Shown: one piece after another, positions 50,628 to 63,556 of the stretch
How positions within the stretch are numbered: the stretch's first letter is position 1
How the letters are laid out: each line of letters opens with the position of its first letter
Assembly: GCA_964016885.1 (NCBI GenBank)
Contig: OZ024741.1
Span: forward strand, 163,060,001 to 163,124,000
Source: Eledone cirrhosa
Taxonomy: Eukaryota
Direction: 5' to 3'
DNA length: 64,000 bases
The notes under the pieces: generated by a model
The model's database searches: none
What the model was told of the DNA's origin: nothing
Seen by the model: the letters and a program-made list of their open reading frames with translations, nothing else
Made by a program: the position numbers and the translations under genes

Positions 50628-53600
50628 GGCGACCTACGTAGGAAATCGTATCATCGTGAGCTCCGCAAAGATTTGTTGTTTTCGTTTGTTTAAAATTGCC
50701 ATTTATAGAAAATTTTTCTTGTTAACTGTTTATAAAGTCACAAAATTTGCTTTCGGAATGGCACACTCAAAAATTTAAACTTTTATAATTATCAAAATTT
50801 AAACTTTTATAATTATCAAACAAAGAATTTCTTTGAGAAAATCATGGACGACTCACGGCTACACCAAGCTGCTGAGAGCCTTACTCACAAACTAACACCT
50901 CACACCAACACCACCATTGTAAATATTACTACGTTTGCCAACACTAAAACTATAAGCAGTAGCAATAATTTAAATTTGTCTCATGCAGACATTCATTTCC
51001 CGCCATTACCAATGACTGCAGGTGTTGAAGCCACCACCCACACCACCACCACAGCGACAACAGAAACAAAAGAAAAAAATAAATTATCTCGTGACATCGA
51101 AATGGATTCACCCTGAATGGACTCTTCCACACCGAACACCACTGACGCCACCACCACCACAACTGAAACTAAAAAAACAATAATAAAAGTAACAATAACA
51201 ACAACAGCAACAACAACAATGAGAATAACAAGATCGGGTCGTTTGCCAAAGCAGCCAAAAAATGCGAAACAATCCAGGTAACTCAGGAGGAATTAGATGA
51301 AGCCAAGAGAATGGAAAAGAAAGATGGGTACAGGGTCAGCCTCACCCCCCACCAAATAAAATGTAGCATTGGCGCCTATGCACCGTGTCTTATCGGACGA
51401 TTAACATAAAATCGCGCCGAGTGGAACGGCCATCCGAGTCCCAAATCCAAAAAACTTTAGGACATGTGTGGGCAAAAAAAACCCACATCAGACGTGGGCA
51501 GAAATATGGAACCGTGGACGTGTTCTTTGGAACACCGCAGGAGGCCAGAGAGCACTCCATGGCCCCATTAAGAAGCGACGACTTCACACTCGTCCCAAGC
51601 TATTGTGGCCAGAGACTCGTAAAGACCAGGGTGACCCACGTTCCACCGGCCATCTAAATTCCCTGGCTAATGGCTGCCGTCCTCGCCGGCATCGAGGTCA
51701 ACACCAAAATAATAGAAATAGCAAAAGAAAAGCAGGAGAACTGGTCTGGATCTGGGATGGAGCTCCCGATCCAAGCGGACCAAAAAAGCATTGAGGAAAT
51801 CCCAGAGGTAATAGACCTCACTGACGGCAGCCACCTCACCGTAATCGTCGAGGGTAGAAGGCCTAGGTGTGGCGTTTGTGGTGAAGGAACCCACTTAAGG
51901 GCTTTCTGGCCTCAGCCTAAAAAGTTGAGGCCACCTCTCTTACCCACACCAGTGACTCAACCATCAACACCAAGAGCAGCAGAAATGGCAGCAACAACTG
52001 TAGCAGCAACAACAGAAGCAACTGTAGTAGCAACAACCCCAGCAACAGTAGCAAAACCAACACCACCACGACCCAACGCGCCAGAACTAGCACCAGCGCC
52101 TACACCATCCACCACAACCAAAACCAACGCCTGTGGAGGATTTTCCAATCCCCGACCTATCGCAACTGGAGACAGATTGTGACGACGAGGAGTGGGGAAA
52201 CGGTATCAGGAAAAAAGAAAAAAAGAAAAAGAAGCCAAAAAATCAAAAAAATCCCCTTCCTTCCCCCTCCAAAAACAAAATACAGAAGGAAACAAATAAA
52301 CTATCAAACAAAAAAGTTAGGACAGCTATGCCACCATCCACACCAGCATCACCAACCCCATCACCACAAACACCAATACCATCACCATCATCATCATTAA
52401 CACCAACACCACCATCACCAACATCACAGAAGTCACCAAAAAGCGAAACAGAAACAAACCCACAACAAACGCAAGCAAAACAAAACAACCAAAACGATAC
52501 ACACCACACAGCATTAAATTTGAACAACAACCAACTATTACACTACATCCAACACAACACCAACATCACAAAAAAGACTACACAACACCCCAAAAGTTCA
52601 CACCACCTCCACACATACAAATCACTCGCAGCACACAGAAAACGTACACGACACTAAAACAAAAATTCCCCAAAGACATCGGAGACTTCCGACAAGCACT
52701 CTCCAGGAGGATTTATCAGGACATCCTTCCGGAGGAGGCCCCAAGCAGTGAAAAGGATGGAGAAACCATCCTTCCTCTACGAGAAGTAAGGTAAGTGGTC
52801 CTTCCCATCTTTTCCACTCCATTTCAACATGACCTCACTCAGAATAGGCAGCATAAATGCACGTGGCTTGGGGTCGTCATGGAAGCAGGGCCACCTGCTC
52901 AACGACCTCAGGTCACTAAACATAGATGTAGTGGCCATCAGCGAGACGAGAATCTCCGAAGCACGAGCCTTCGCACCGATCTTCGGCGGCTACGATGTGT
53001 ACGTATCTCCCAGCCGTCCTGGATCGGGGGGGGGGGGGGAGTTGCTGTGCTTTTTCGGAGAGGTTTGGATCTCGCCATACGGGCCATCTTCCTGGACCCA
53101 GAAGGTAAGTTGGTGGTGCTGGACGTGACCAGCGGAGACGGGCAAGCTTTCAGGCTAGTGGCCGTCTATCCCCCGACAGGAGCAGGGCGGCCTGATTTCT
53201 TCCGGCGTCTGGAGACCTTTCTTGGAACGTCCCGCTCTTTAGTGTTAGTGGGCGACTGGAACGGGATCTTAGATGCACGCTTAACTGTGTGGGATTAGTG
53301 GATAGGGGAGGAGGGTGCAAGAGCCTCACCAACCTGCTAAGGCGTTTTGAACTGTCTCACAGGTACCGATTGGATTTCCCGAATGTGCCAATGTGGGCTT
53401 GGGCAAACCTCATCGGGTCATCCAGATCATATCTAGATAGAGTATTTTGTAGGGAAATAGATAGGTCTAGCATAGGCTGTCCACAATTCAAGATAGTCAG
53501 CTACACGGATCACAAATTCGTGATCTGTGTGCTTGACTTATATAGGCTTCATAGACGTGAACTCGGCTACTGGAAGCTAAACGCGTCCTTACCAGCGCGT

Positions 53601-56454
53601 AAGGCCTACAGAGACCGGATTAGCGAACTAGTTAAACGGGCGTTGACGAGGGCCATCGTCAACAACAAGTGGTGGTTTGCTCTGAAAAGAGCGATTAGAA
53701 TAGAGTCCATTAGGTTTAATAAGGCTTTAGCTATAGAGAAAAATAGAGCAGAGGGAGAACTAGTTAGAAAATTAGACGAGGCGCTTAGAAAAGGCATCGC
53801 GACCGACGTACTTGCGGCGAAATTGGCCCTTGACAAATTCTTCAATACAAAGCACGAAGACTGCGTTGTTAGAGATAGGGTGCGTGCTCTCAGACACGAG
53901 GGGACGAAAGCCGTTCAATGGGCCTGAGATGTGGAGGCGCATCGTGGCAACAAAGCCACGATCCGGTCTTTGGTGGACCACGACGGGCGCATGCTTCTCG
54001 ATCCCGGGCAAATGTGTGAAGCTTTTCAGCGACACTTTGCACAGCTGTTCGGGGGTAGCGGCCGGCCGGGCCGAGGGATGGACCTCGACGGACTGCCGCG
54101 GCTCTCGGCCACTGAGGCGGAGTGTTGTGAAAAGCCGATAACAGCCGCTGAAGTACGGGAGGAAATGACTAGCTGCACAAGGGGTAAATCGCCTGGTTTG
54201 GATGACGTCTGGTTTGGATGGCGGACGTCTACTGCAACTGGCAATAGAACGGGAGAATTCCCAGCTCTGTGAGCCGAGGAGCTATGGCGTTGCTGAGAAA
54301 GGATCCGAACAAGGGGGATAACATAGATAATTTCAGGCCCATAACTCTGCTAAACACAGAGTTCAAGATTGTGGCCAAGGTTCTAGCAAAGAATTGGCGC
54401 TTGTCGTTGGTGGTCTGGTGGGAGAGGCGCAGACGTGCGCCATTCCCAACAGATCCATCCACGACAACCTCCACCTCGCGTTATACATCGTATAGAGGGT
54501 AGCTAGGGAACCTGGCACGGGTGGGTCGCTGATCAATTTAGATCAGTCGAAAGATTTCGATAGGGTCGACCATCGTTACCTAGCGGCAGTCCTGAGAGCG
54601 GCTGGCTTTCGGTCCGTCTTCAGAGGCTGGATCGGTGCCATGCACAGCGAAATCTGCTCTGTGGTGAGAGTGAACGGTCACCTTTCAGAACAGTTCAACA
54701 TCATGCGCTCGGTCCGCCAAGGATGTCCCCTCTCGTCCCTCTTGTACGTATTGACTCTCGAGCCATTACTTCACAAACTGGAGACGTTGAGGGTGGTCCC
54801 GCGCGAACTAGGATGCGGAAGATCCGTGTCAGCATATTCGGACGATGTCACCGTAGTGGTGTCGAACGCCAAACACATCGAGGCGATCGGCACTACACTA
54901 AGAGAATACGAAGCGGTGACAGGAGCAATGATCAACCAGGAAAAGTCAGTGGGCTTGCAGCTCGGCACCAGGAGAGGCAGGTCCATACCGTCCAACAGCG
55001 TCGTCGGGCGCTGGACGGACGGACCGGTTAAATTGCTAGGGGTCTGGTTCGGTCCGGACCTCCAGAGCGACAAAAACTGGGAAGAGGTGACGAGCAGGGT
55101 GGCTTCTCTCACCCAGAAATGGACGGAGAGGAAGCTATCCCTGAAAGGTCGAGCGGAGGTGGCTAACACGTACATCGCGTCCGTCATCTACTACCGCCTG
55201 ACCGTCGCACGTTGTCCTAAGCCCCGCCTGACTGCGCTGGAGCGTATGCTCTTTCTCTATTTGTGGAAGGGACGCGCTCCGATCGTCAGGCGGTCCATCT
55301 GCTGTCAACACCTGGTACGTGGAGGGCTGGGCATGCCGTGGCTGATGATGCGCAGACACGCGCTCAGGCTAGGACATCTCCACCTCTTCCTCGACGGTGA
55401 TCAGGTGTGGTCGCCGTTTTCTAGAGACGTCTTTCCCCAGCTCGTCTCCTTGACGGAGCTGCAGTCCTGGGTCAAGCGAAGACCGAGAGGGAGCGCTTGG
55501 AGACTGGAATGTCTTCAGGCGCTCACAGCCCTCGACCAATCGGGCAATGTGATCGGTGGAAACTCCACCTTGGCGTTCTATAGACGATTAGTGGAGGGGA
55601 AGAGCGACGACGTACTTGGAGAAACTCTAGGCCTCGACGAAAATCAACTAGCCAATCTCTTCGGAAGGACTTTCGGGCTGGAGCCTATGGACAACTTCCA
55701 GAAATCCTTGGCCTGGCAGTGCTACCGAGGAGCTTTGCCAGTTCAGGATAAACTCTACAGGCATGGAGGTGCCGTCAGCCGGGCATGTCCGAGGTGCGCG
55801 CAGGGCGACGAAATCGTCCTGCACGCATTCGTCCAGTGTCCGAGCATTGCTGACTTGTGGGTTTATGTCGAACACCTGCTGTCACGTGTAGGACGGATCC
55901 AGCTATCAGCTGAGTCAATCGTGAGGATTGCGCCGCCCTCCTCCTTTAGCCGGGAAGGGCAGGAAGTTTTTATCTGTCTGGTGGCTATGGCGAAAGAGAT
56001 AGTATGGTGAACACGTTTGAAAGGGCTGAAGACGAGCACTTACCTCTTCGGTGATGCCCGGATTAACTTTTTCAAATTTCATTTGAAAAGGAAAATCAGG
56101 GTAGAGAGGGAAGTGCTCTCTTCCCAGCATTTTGTTGAAAGATGGGTGAGAGAAGCAAGTATGGTCTGAGTATGTGTCTGTAAATTAAAGGTGGAAAACT
56201 GGGAGAGGGCACTTGCCCTGGTGGTCAGGGTCACTGTGGCCGTTTAATGGGCTTTCTCCACAAATGTCCCTCGGAAGTCTCCCCCCTATTGGGGAATTTT
56301 TCATTGTTATTTTTTGTTACATCCTGTTTTTGTTTTTTTTACACGCAGAAATGCCCATTTGTACCGTCCTGTATCCTATTTGTACCGTCCTGTATTGTCC
56401 TGTACTCTCCTTAGTGTCTACTTGATGTAAACCCTTGTGGTTAATAAAGAAAAC
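50628..56454 (+). mobile_element. Tx1/L1-clade LINE copy B2, full-length, decayed
   Basis: Disrupted ORF1 (VEGRRPRCGVCGEGTHL, stop 52792-52794); ORF2 from ATG 52829 to ~56183; AATAAA at 56443; (ATT)n at 56455-56481. Confidence 0.93.
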
Positions 56455-56480
56455 ATTATTATTATTATTATTATTATTAT

Positions 56481-56580
56481 TTGCCTTTCATCCTTACGGG
56501 GTCGATAAAGTAATGTACCAGTAATACACTGGGATAATTGCTGACCTTGTGCCTAAAGTAGAAACAATTATTATTATTAT
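56481..56580 (+). mobile_element. SINE 3' half, followed by a (TTC)n-rich tract to ~56790
   Basis: TTGCCTTTCATCCTTACGGGGTCGATAA..CCTAAAGTAGAAACAATTATT. Confidence 0.88.
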
Positions 56581-56650
56581 TTTTTTTCTTCTTTTCCTTC
56601 TTCTGCCTCTTCTTCTCCTTTCTCTTCTTCTTATTGTTCTTCTTATTTTT

Positions 56651-56681
<31 letters not shown>

Positions 56682-56794
56682 TTTTCTTCTTTATCCCCCC
56701 CTCCCCCTCCTCATCATCCTTCTTCTTTTTCTTCTTCTTCTTCTTCTTCTTCTTTCTCTTCTTCTTATTATCATATTCCTTTTTCTCCCCGGCC

Positions 56795-57250
56795 TTATGT
56801 TGTTTCAGGTTGCAAATAACTACATAGTGATCGGTTGACGGCTCAATCACTCTTTTAGCAGGAACATCCTGCACAGAGTCGAGGAGATCAGAGACAACAA
56901 AATCAATTATTGATCTCTGTTCTTCTGTTCCCGATTCTCCTTACACCATGTGTCTTTGTGCTGGAAGGTGTCATAACAGAAAGCTCAATACTAGAATATA
57001 AGTCTAAGCCCCTCCATCCGTTTTAGATGGGAATTGTTTTTCCTTCCAATTGCGATTTTCCATATCAGGCAGTCAGTGCCAATATGTGCATTGAAATCTA
57101 GATAAAGCCGGGGTTTCCTCAACATAGCTCTTTGGATGAATGATGGAAAATCCAGTATTCAGTTGTGCCACCATAAATGACTGCACAGGCAAAAGGGAGG
57201 ATATTCACAAGCCCTCGGCTCTCAGAATGTGTTACAGACCGGGTTCCATT
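56795..57250 (-). mobile_element. RTE-clade APE endonuclease relic
   Basis: Minus strand QRSIIDFVVSDLLDSVQDVPAKRVIEPSTDHYVVICNL (IDF..SDH motif of RTE/Expander EN). Confidence 0.7.
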
Positions 57251-57499
57251 TGTGATCCTTCTTCAAGCTTATGCTAAAAGAAAGGTCCAGTCAACTAATT
57301 TCGTCCGCTTCCTGGTAATTTACCGTCGGTAGATGTAAAGAGAAGGAAGGGAAAGGGCTCTTCAATCCTGATAAATTTGTAGGTGTGCTGTCCTGACAGG
57401 GCGTGTCTTGAGTATTCTAAGGCTGACAGAGTCCAACCCATTCCAGGTCGTAATGCAACCAATTTCTTCTAGAGAACAGAGAGATAAACTGATAGAAGA

Positions 57500-57655
57500 A
57501 TCACCGACCCAATACTTGACTGGTATACTATTGACCTTCAAATAATGATAGGCAAAATTAACGTAGACGCAATTTGAACTCAGATCGTAGTGAGCCGGAA
57601 CATATACTGGGGAATGCTTGGTACGAGGCCTTAAGGACTCTGCCTATTGGCACTA
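57500..57655 (-). mobile_element. Degenerate SINE
   Basis: ATTTGAACTCAGA (reverse-complement B-box) plus a decayed core. Confidence 0.6.
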
Positions 57656-58039
57656 CCAATACTTGAGGGTAGTAGTTAACACTTCATTTGATCTTCCTGA
57701 AACGTCCCTAAATTAGTAAAGAATTAAGTTAAATGGTTTTTGCGAAAATATACATTAATTCCTGTCTTAGATTCGGGAAGGAAAAATGGCATCTATTCAG
57801 TTTATTGTCATAGATTTCAGAAATATTTCCACAGCTTGTGTGAATACAACCTATACAATACTCTGAGACATTTAAAATAAATTCACAATTAGCTTATCTT
57901 TCATTAATCTTATCCTAGGCTCATAAAATATTATAGAGGGATTCGTAAATACTTATGGAGTCGTAGGGGTGCCATAATGACAAACGGCATGGCTCGGGCC
58001 TTTTAAACCTGGCAAAAAACATCCCGCTCCATATATAGA

Positions 58040-58232
58040 CACAGGGAATTTCTTCCAGAGAGAGAGGACAAATCGACATCAGAACTGACATTGTACATAT
58101 TTTATTGACCTCGAAATGATGAAAGGCAAAGTTGACCTCGGCGGGATTTGAACCAAAAGCGCACAGAGCAGGAACGAATACAGCAAAGCCTTCTAAGCGA
58201 TGTTCTAACGATTTTGCCAATTCAACGCCCAC
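58040..58232 (-). mobile_element. Degenerate SINE
   Basis: GAAAGGCAAAGTTGACCTCGGCGGGATTTGAAC is the reverse complement of the SINE B-box and core. Confidence 0.8.
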
Positions 58233-58800
58233 CTATAAAAATATCAGTCTTCAATTTCCATGATTTGAAGCAGGTCATTTCTCCACATGGATATTTGAGA
58301 AGTGCAACTTAGTTATCTAAAGCTTTAAATGTTTAACATAAAAGACTGGAAGTATGGAGTTTTCTGGTTTCAATATAGGAATATTCCTGCTGTGCTTTAA
58401 ACACCAAATTAGCGTATTTATCACCAATCCTTTCCTGCCCATAAAGAAAAGATTGTAATGAAATTTAGTGTAAACGCTTTATTTTCCTTATGCACATCAC
58501 TTCCCGATCTCCACACATCACATAGCTGTGTTTGAAGTATCTGAGCTTTTTCAGTGCCACTTCTGCAGTCTCATAATTTTCTTTTAGATGTGTCAAATGA
58601 CCCATCAGTACAGAAGAAAGCATTTTCCATTACTAAACAAAACACACTTTACTGTCAAAGAAAATGCGCTGATTCATATTGACATCCGATTGCATTTAAC
58701 AAACAATTTATATTATAGCAGTTAACAATGTCATTTTCACATAAGTGATTTCATCAGTTCATATTATTGCCTTTACTAAAATGGAAGTGGAAATTGATGT
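58233..58800 (-). pseudogene. Chapaev3 transposase relic
   Basis: Minus strand KCVLFSNGK..SVLMGHLTHLKENYETAEVALKKLRY..MCGD, ILPV..FKALD, KLKTDIFIG; these parallel Chapaev3 transposase core motifs as recalled. Confidence 0.7.
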
Positions 58801-59029
58801 GACGACGAATCCAAATTGATACGTTAGGTTTTTCAAGACATATATTTTGCTGTTTATGCATGTATTAGGAACGTACAGTTATGAACTTATCTGATATAGT
58901 TACAATTCCTATATTAATGGGCTTCAGAATATATGCTTGCGTAAAACGTTGTTGCTGATTCAATTTAGTATATATCCCTATTTTCTTATCAAAATAAGCC
59001 TTGTATCAAAGGTTGAATTCATTATAGAG

Positions 59030-59520
59030 GGTGGTGGTTACGCGGAATAGCGATATTTGTTCAGGCTCTTTACATTTTGGCCTCAAATCAGGCCGAGATC
59101 AACTTTGCGTTTCATTTTCAGGTGTCAATAAAATAAAGTACCAATCAAGTACTCTCCCAAAATTTCTAGTTCTGTGCGTAAATTATAACCATTATTTGAT
59201 AGAGCATAGTTACGTCCCTTTACGATCTGAGTTCAAATCCCGCCGAGGTTGACTTTGCCTTTCATCCTTACGGGGTCGATAAAATAAAGTACCAGTAATG
59301 CACTGAGTAATTGCTGGCCTTGTTCCTAAAGTAGAAACAATTATTTGATAGAGCGTCGGACACCATGGTTTGCAGCCCAGAGTTATGGCCCTTTACGTTA
59401 TGAGTTCAAATCCTGCCGAGGTTATCTTTGCCTTTCTTCCTTACGGGGTCGATAAATATGGCACCAGTAAAGAACTGGGGTAATTGCTGGCCTTGTGCCC
59501 AAAGTAGAAACAATTATTTA
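59030..59520 (+). mobile_element. Cluster of three SINE copies; the middle copy 59206-59339 has a 15-bp TSD
   Basis: ATTATTTGATAGAGC at 59191-59205 and 59340-59354. Confidence 0.85.
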
Positions 59521-60006
59521 TCAGGTTAACTGAGCATATGTGTTTCAGTTCAACTAGACGTCAGTTATGGACACTAGGCCTTACTAGAATGTTGCTTGTG
59601 ATATGCTCTAGCAGATTACACTGCCAAACGAATGCTACAATTATTACTGGACGGAATAGAGAGAGATGTTTTATTCTCTTACAAATAAACTGATATTAAA
59701 CTTCTTTTAAATTCTAGTTTGAAAGATTGGCTAGTAATTGAAACAATCTTTCTGAAATGTTTTCCATTACTACCCTTTACCTGTTTGGCAACAGACTGAA
59801 GTACATTCAGTTGATATTCAATGCCTTTGCAGAATTAAATATATCCCTTATATTGCAATATCTACTTATGATACTTCAAGCTAGATGTGACAGCACTATT
59901 CCATCAGCGTTAACCAGACATACATGATCAAGTTTATTACTATATGTGAATCATGACAAGAATCACAAAAGAATGCAACTCTATTGTCAGACTATTATAC
60001 TATATA

Positions 60007-60192
60007 GGGTGGTGAATTGGCTGTATAGGTAGAGGGTCGGACATGCTTTCCAGCATAGTTACGTCCCTTTACGATCTGTGTTCAAATCCCGCCGAGGTTA
60101 ACTTTGTCTTTCATCCTTACGGGATCGATAACATAAAGTACCAGTAATGTACTGAGTAATTGCTGGCCTTGGGCCAAAAGTAGAAACAATTA
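60007..60192 (+). mobile_element. Full-length SINE; an additional 3' fragment lies at 60345-60411
   Basis: Head, B-box, core and tail; flanks ATTATACTATATA/ATTATATTATATA. Confidence 0.9.
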
Positions 60193-61371
60193 TATTATAT
60201 ACTGCCATGGCCCTTGCAAAATATGTGATAGATGTTGCCTCATGGTCGCGGTGGAGAGGATAGTGAATGCGCTAACTCGATGGATAGTTAGTGAGATGTG
60301 CTAAAATGCCAGTCCAGTATACGAGGACAGTCCTTGTGAAATTGATTAAAATAAAGTACCAATAATGCACTGGGTAATTGCTGGCCTTGTGCCTAAAGTA
60401 GAAACAATTAAATGGACAGTAATTGAAGCGCATATCATTCACTGTAGAGTCACACAGAATATGAAAAGAAAAAGAATAACCTAGAAATCTATGCCAAAGA
60501 CTTTTCTCCATTGCAGGGTATAGTTAGTCTCTCCCCTCTAAAATCCCTCTATGGAATTGTGTTGTATTTTTATCATTGTTTATCAAACCCCCATCTCTGA
60601 GAACATCTATGAACAAAGAAGTTCTAACCATGACCATGTAGGATGATGTTTGATTCGAGGAAAATTCTGAATGATTTCGCCCTTGGCTCGTCGTTGTTCT
60701 TAGTATTGTTTTGCTTTAGTTCAACTCTGGCCAAACAAACATATAAGGAACGTCATATCAGCCATGGCCATCTATTCTTTTATGAATTATAATTTGACCA
60801 CAAGCAACCAATGTGTCATTTTAATCTAGTAGGTTGTGACTTATTAGCAGACATGGATTGCGATGGTATTAAACACTATGCAGACCTGAAATGCATAAAT
60901 ATATACCATCCTGACAGACATTGTTTCTCCATGATTCATGCACTTGGGAAAGTTATAAGCGATATCAGATTTCTAGTAAAACATTAATCTCCTTTTCAAT
61001 GTCCACCTACAGAAGACGATTTAAGAGACAGAACCATGTTTGTTATGAATTGTTCATTGGTTACGACTAAATGCGCAGTACTTCATGAAGTGCTATAAAA
61101 TCAATTACTTGCATTTGGTTATCATAGCTATCCTGAGTCGATGATCAAAAAATTTGATTTAATATGATAGGAAACAAACCTGTCAAGTTCTTCACTCTTT
61201 CAAGAATTGTGGCAAAGCAAATATTAGGAATATGAATGTGAATAGAAACAGACGTTCAACATTGATACTTCAAGGATATTCTCCCTCCTACTATTGTATA
61301 ATGCTTGCTTTCTAGATGTAAAAGCATTTCACTTATTTCATTATTAATCTAGCAATTATTACGGCATTATT

Positions 61372-61720
61372 GGTGCAGGTATGGCTGAATGATTAAATAG
61401 TTCGCTTCACATCACAATATTGGGGGTTCAATAGTATTGCGTGACATTTTAGGAAACTGTTTTTGTCATAGCTTCGAGTAGAGCCAAGAGTTATGAGTGA
61501 AATTGGTCAGACGGAAACAGCTGAAACCCGTGAAATGAATTTTACCTGTAATTCAAAAAGCCAGCATTGTTACATATTGTGTTATGCTGATTGGGCTTGG
61601 TAATTACGCTAACGTTACATATGCCTGTGGAATACGCAACCAATTAATCATTAATTCATGAGTTGGACGTTGAGTTCGATAAACAACTGGATACCCATTT
61701 TTGAAGGTGACTGGGGATTA
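61372..61720 (+). mobile_element. Degenerate second SINE family (octopus-like tRNA SINE) and adjoining repeat
   Basis: GGTGCAGGTATGGCTG..GGGTTCAA..GAGTGAAATTGGTCAGACGGAAAC resembles an abundant octopus SINE recalled from memory. Confidence 0.5.
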
Positions 61721-61747
61721 ATCAACATTATTATCGATTTTAATAAA

Positions 61748-61929
61748 GGGTGGATTGGTAGTATCGGTAGAGGGTCGGACGCCATGCTTTCCAGCATAGT
61801 TACGTCCCTTTACGATCTGAGTTCAAATCCCACCGAGGTTGACTTTGCCTTTCATCCTTACGGGGTCGATCAAATAAAGTACCAGTAATGCACTGGGTAA
61901 TTGCTGGCCTTGTGCATAAAGTAGAAACA
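61748..61929 (+). mobile_element. Full-length SINE with 18-bp TSD
   Basis: ATTATCGATTTTAATAAA at 61730-61747 and 61930-61947. Confidence 0.93.
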
Positions 61930-62959
61930 ATTATCGATTTTAATAAAATAAAAAGTTAAACAACTTAAACCCATGTCTGGTCATTCATCATATAGAACAT
62001 GTTAGGATGTATAATCATGTTTAAATGTGTTACCGTTCGTATACTCTGTAAGGAACATAGAATTGAAATGGTTTAGGAGAGACAGTAAGAAATTGCCAGA
62101 TCTTAAGGTTTGAGGTAATATACATTTCAGAAGTGTTAGTGTACAGTTCATATATTTCTACACTGTTGAGTCTGCTCCATGAAAATACGTATTATATCAT
62201 TTAGGAATGCAGTTGACTTTTCTCCTGTTTGGGAGATATATTTTTATCCGGCATAACACTATGAAATTGAAACTAAACACCACCGTTTAAGAACCTCTTA
62301 TGTCTACTATTGACTTCACATATATATCCTATATCGGATATGTGAACAATATAATTATTTATATTTTCTTTGTTATCTATCCAATTGTTATTTCTACATG
62401 CATTTCAGAATACATAGTTGATATCAACTGATTTTCAAGAGATGCTCATTATGAAGATTTGGAAAATGAGTGTTTAATTGTTTTTAATGTTTATAAAATT
62501 ATGTTTTATCTTAATCTAATACACCGTCTCTCATAAAGTTTTACAAATTTATTTCCTCCAGAATCGAACGAAATTTATTTCAAATTTAGATGATTGCTGA
62601 AACTGTTTCCGTTGCTGGAACAGGGCCGCCAATATAGCAGAAAGTACTGAATATAGCCTCAAAACTACTACATAATCCAAAGATAATGTTATAAAGTGTT
62701 CATAATGTATATGATGACTGACGGCCACGTCAAGCTTTGAGAAATCATGTACAAGGTCATTTATTTTAAATTCACTTACACTACATATAGATTTGAGGAA
62801 AGCATAAGACACACTACTCCCCATCTCCTCTGAACATTTCAATCGTACTCTGGGTATATAAAGATTGAAAGTGTTAAATTAACCATAAGAACGGATTAGA
62901 TTATGGATATTACTAAATTATTATTGATGTCCATTTAACTTCTGAAACAATTGATGCTT

Positions 62960-63135
62960 ACTTGGCAGAATCCTTAAAGCGCGAGAGAAAATGCTTTGGT
63001 TATTTGTTCCCGTTCTTTAAGTTCAAATCCGTCGAGGTATAACTTACCTTTACTCTTTCCAAGTTAATCAAGTACTTGATAGACTTTCTCCGCCCTAAAG
63101 TTTGTGGCCTCGTGCCTTGATTAGAGATTATTATG
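62960..63135 (+). mobile_element. Degenerate SINE
   Basis: AGTTCAAATCCGTCGAGGT and tail GGCCTCGTGCCTTGATTAGAGATTATTAT. Confidence 0.65.
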
Positions 63136-63440
63136 TAATTGATGTTTATTTCGTTTAGTCTCAGCTCAGGCGTTGCTATATACCATAGAAAGTAAACAAC
63201 GAACTTCCATTCTGTTCATTTGGTCATATAAGGTGTATACGCAACACTCTTGTCAATTGGGTGTATCTACTGAAAATACGTGCTTCAAAACACTCAGTCT
63301 TATTTGCGTTCATTAACATTAACCTATTTTATTGTGTTTTAAGTTACAGTTATGATATAACATCTAACGCATATGTTATATCATATATTATTCAAATATT
63401 TCAAAATATATACACAATTTCCTTTTTATTATATGTAAAC

Positions 63441-63556
63441 GTAGTGAGTTCAAATCCCGCTGAGGTTAACTTTGCCTTTCATCCTTACGGGGTGGATAAA
63501 ATAAAGTACCAGTAATGCACTGGTTATTTGCTGGCCTTGTGCCAAAAGTAGAAACA
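63441..63556 (+). mobile_element. 5'-truncated SINE with 13-bp TSD
   Basis: ATTATATGTAAAC at 63428-63440 and 63557-63569. Confidence 0.9.

Noticed and set aside
50498-50820. Short tandem duplications in the B1 3'UTR and B2 5'UTR
   Set aside because: Copy-specific slippage duplications with no sign of conservation.
62549-62842. 97-aa minus-strand ORF as a single-exon gene
   Set aside because: No recognisable motif, and a strong donor at 62779 interrupts it; only its first part is kept as a candidate exon.
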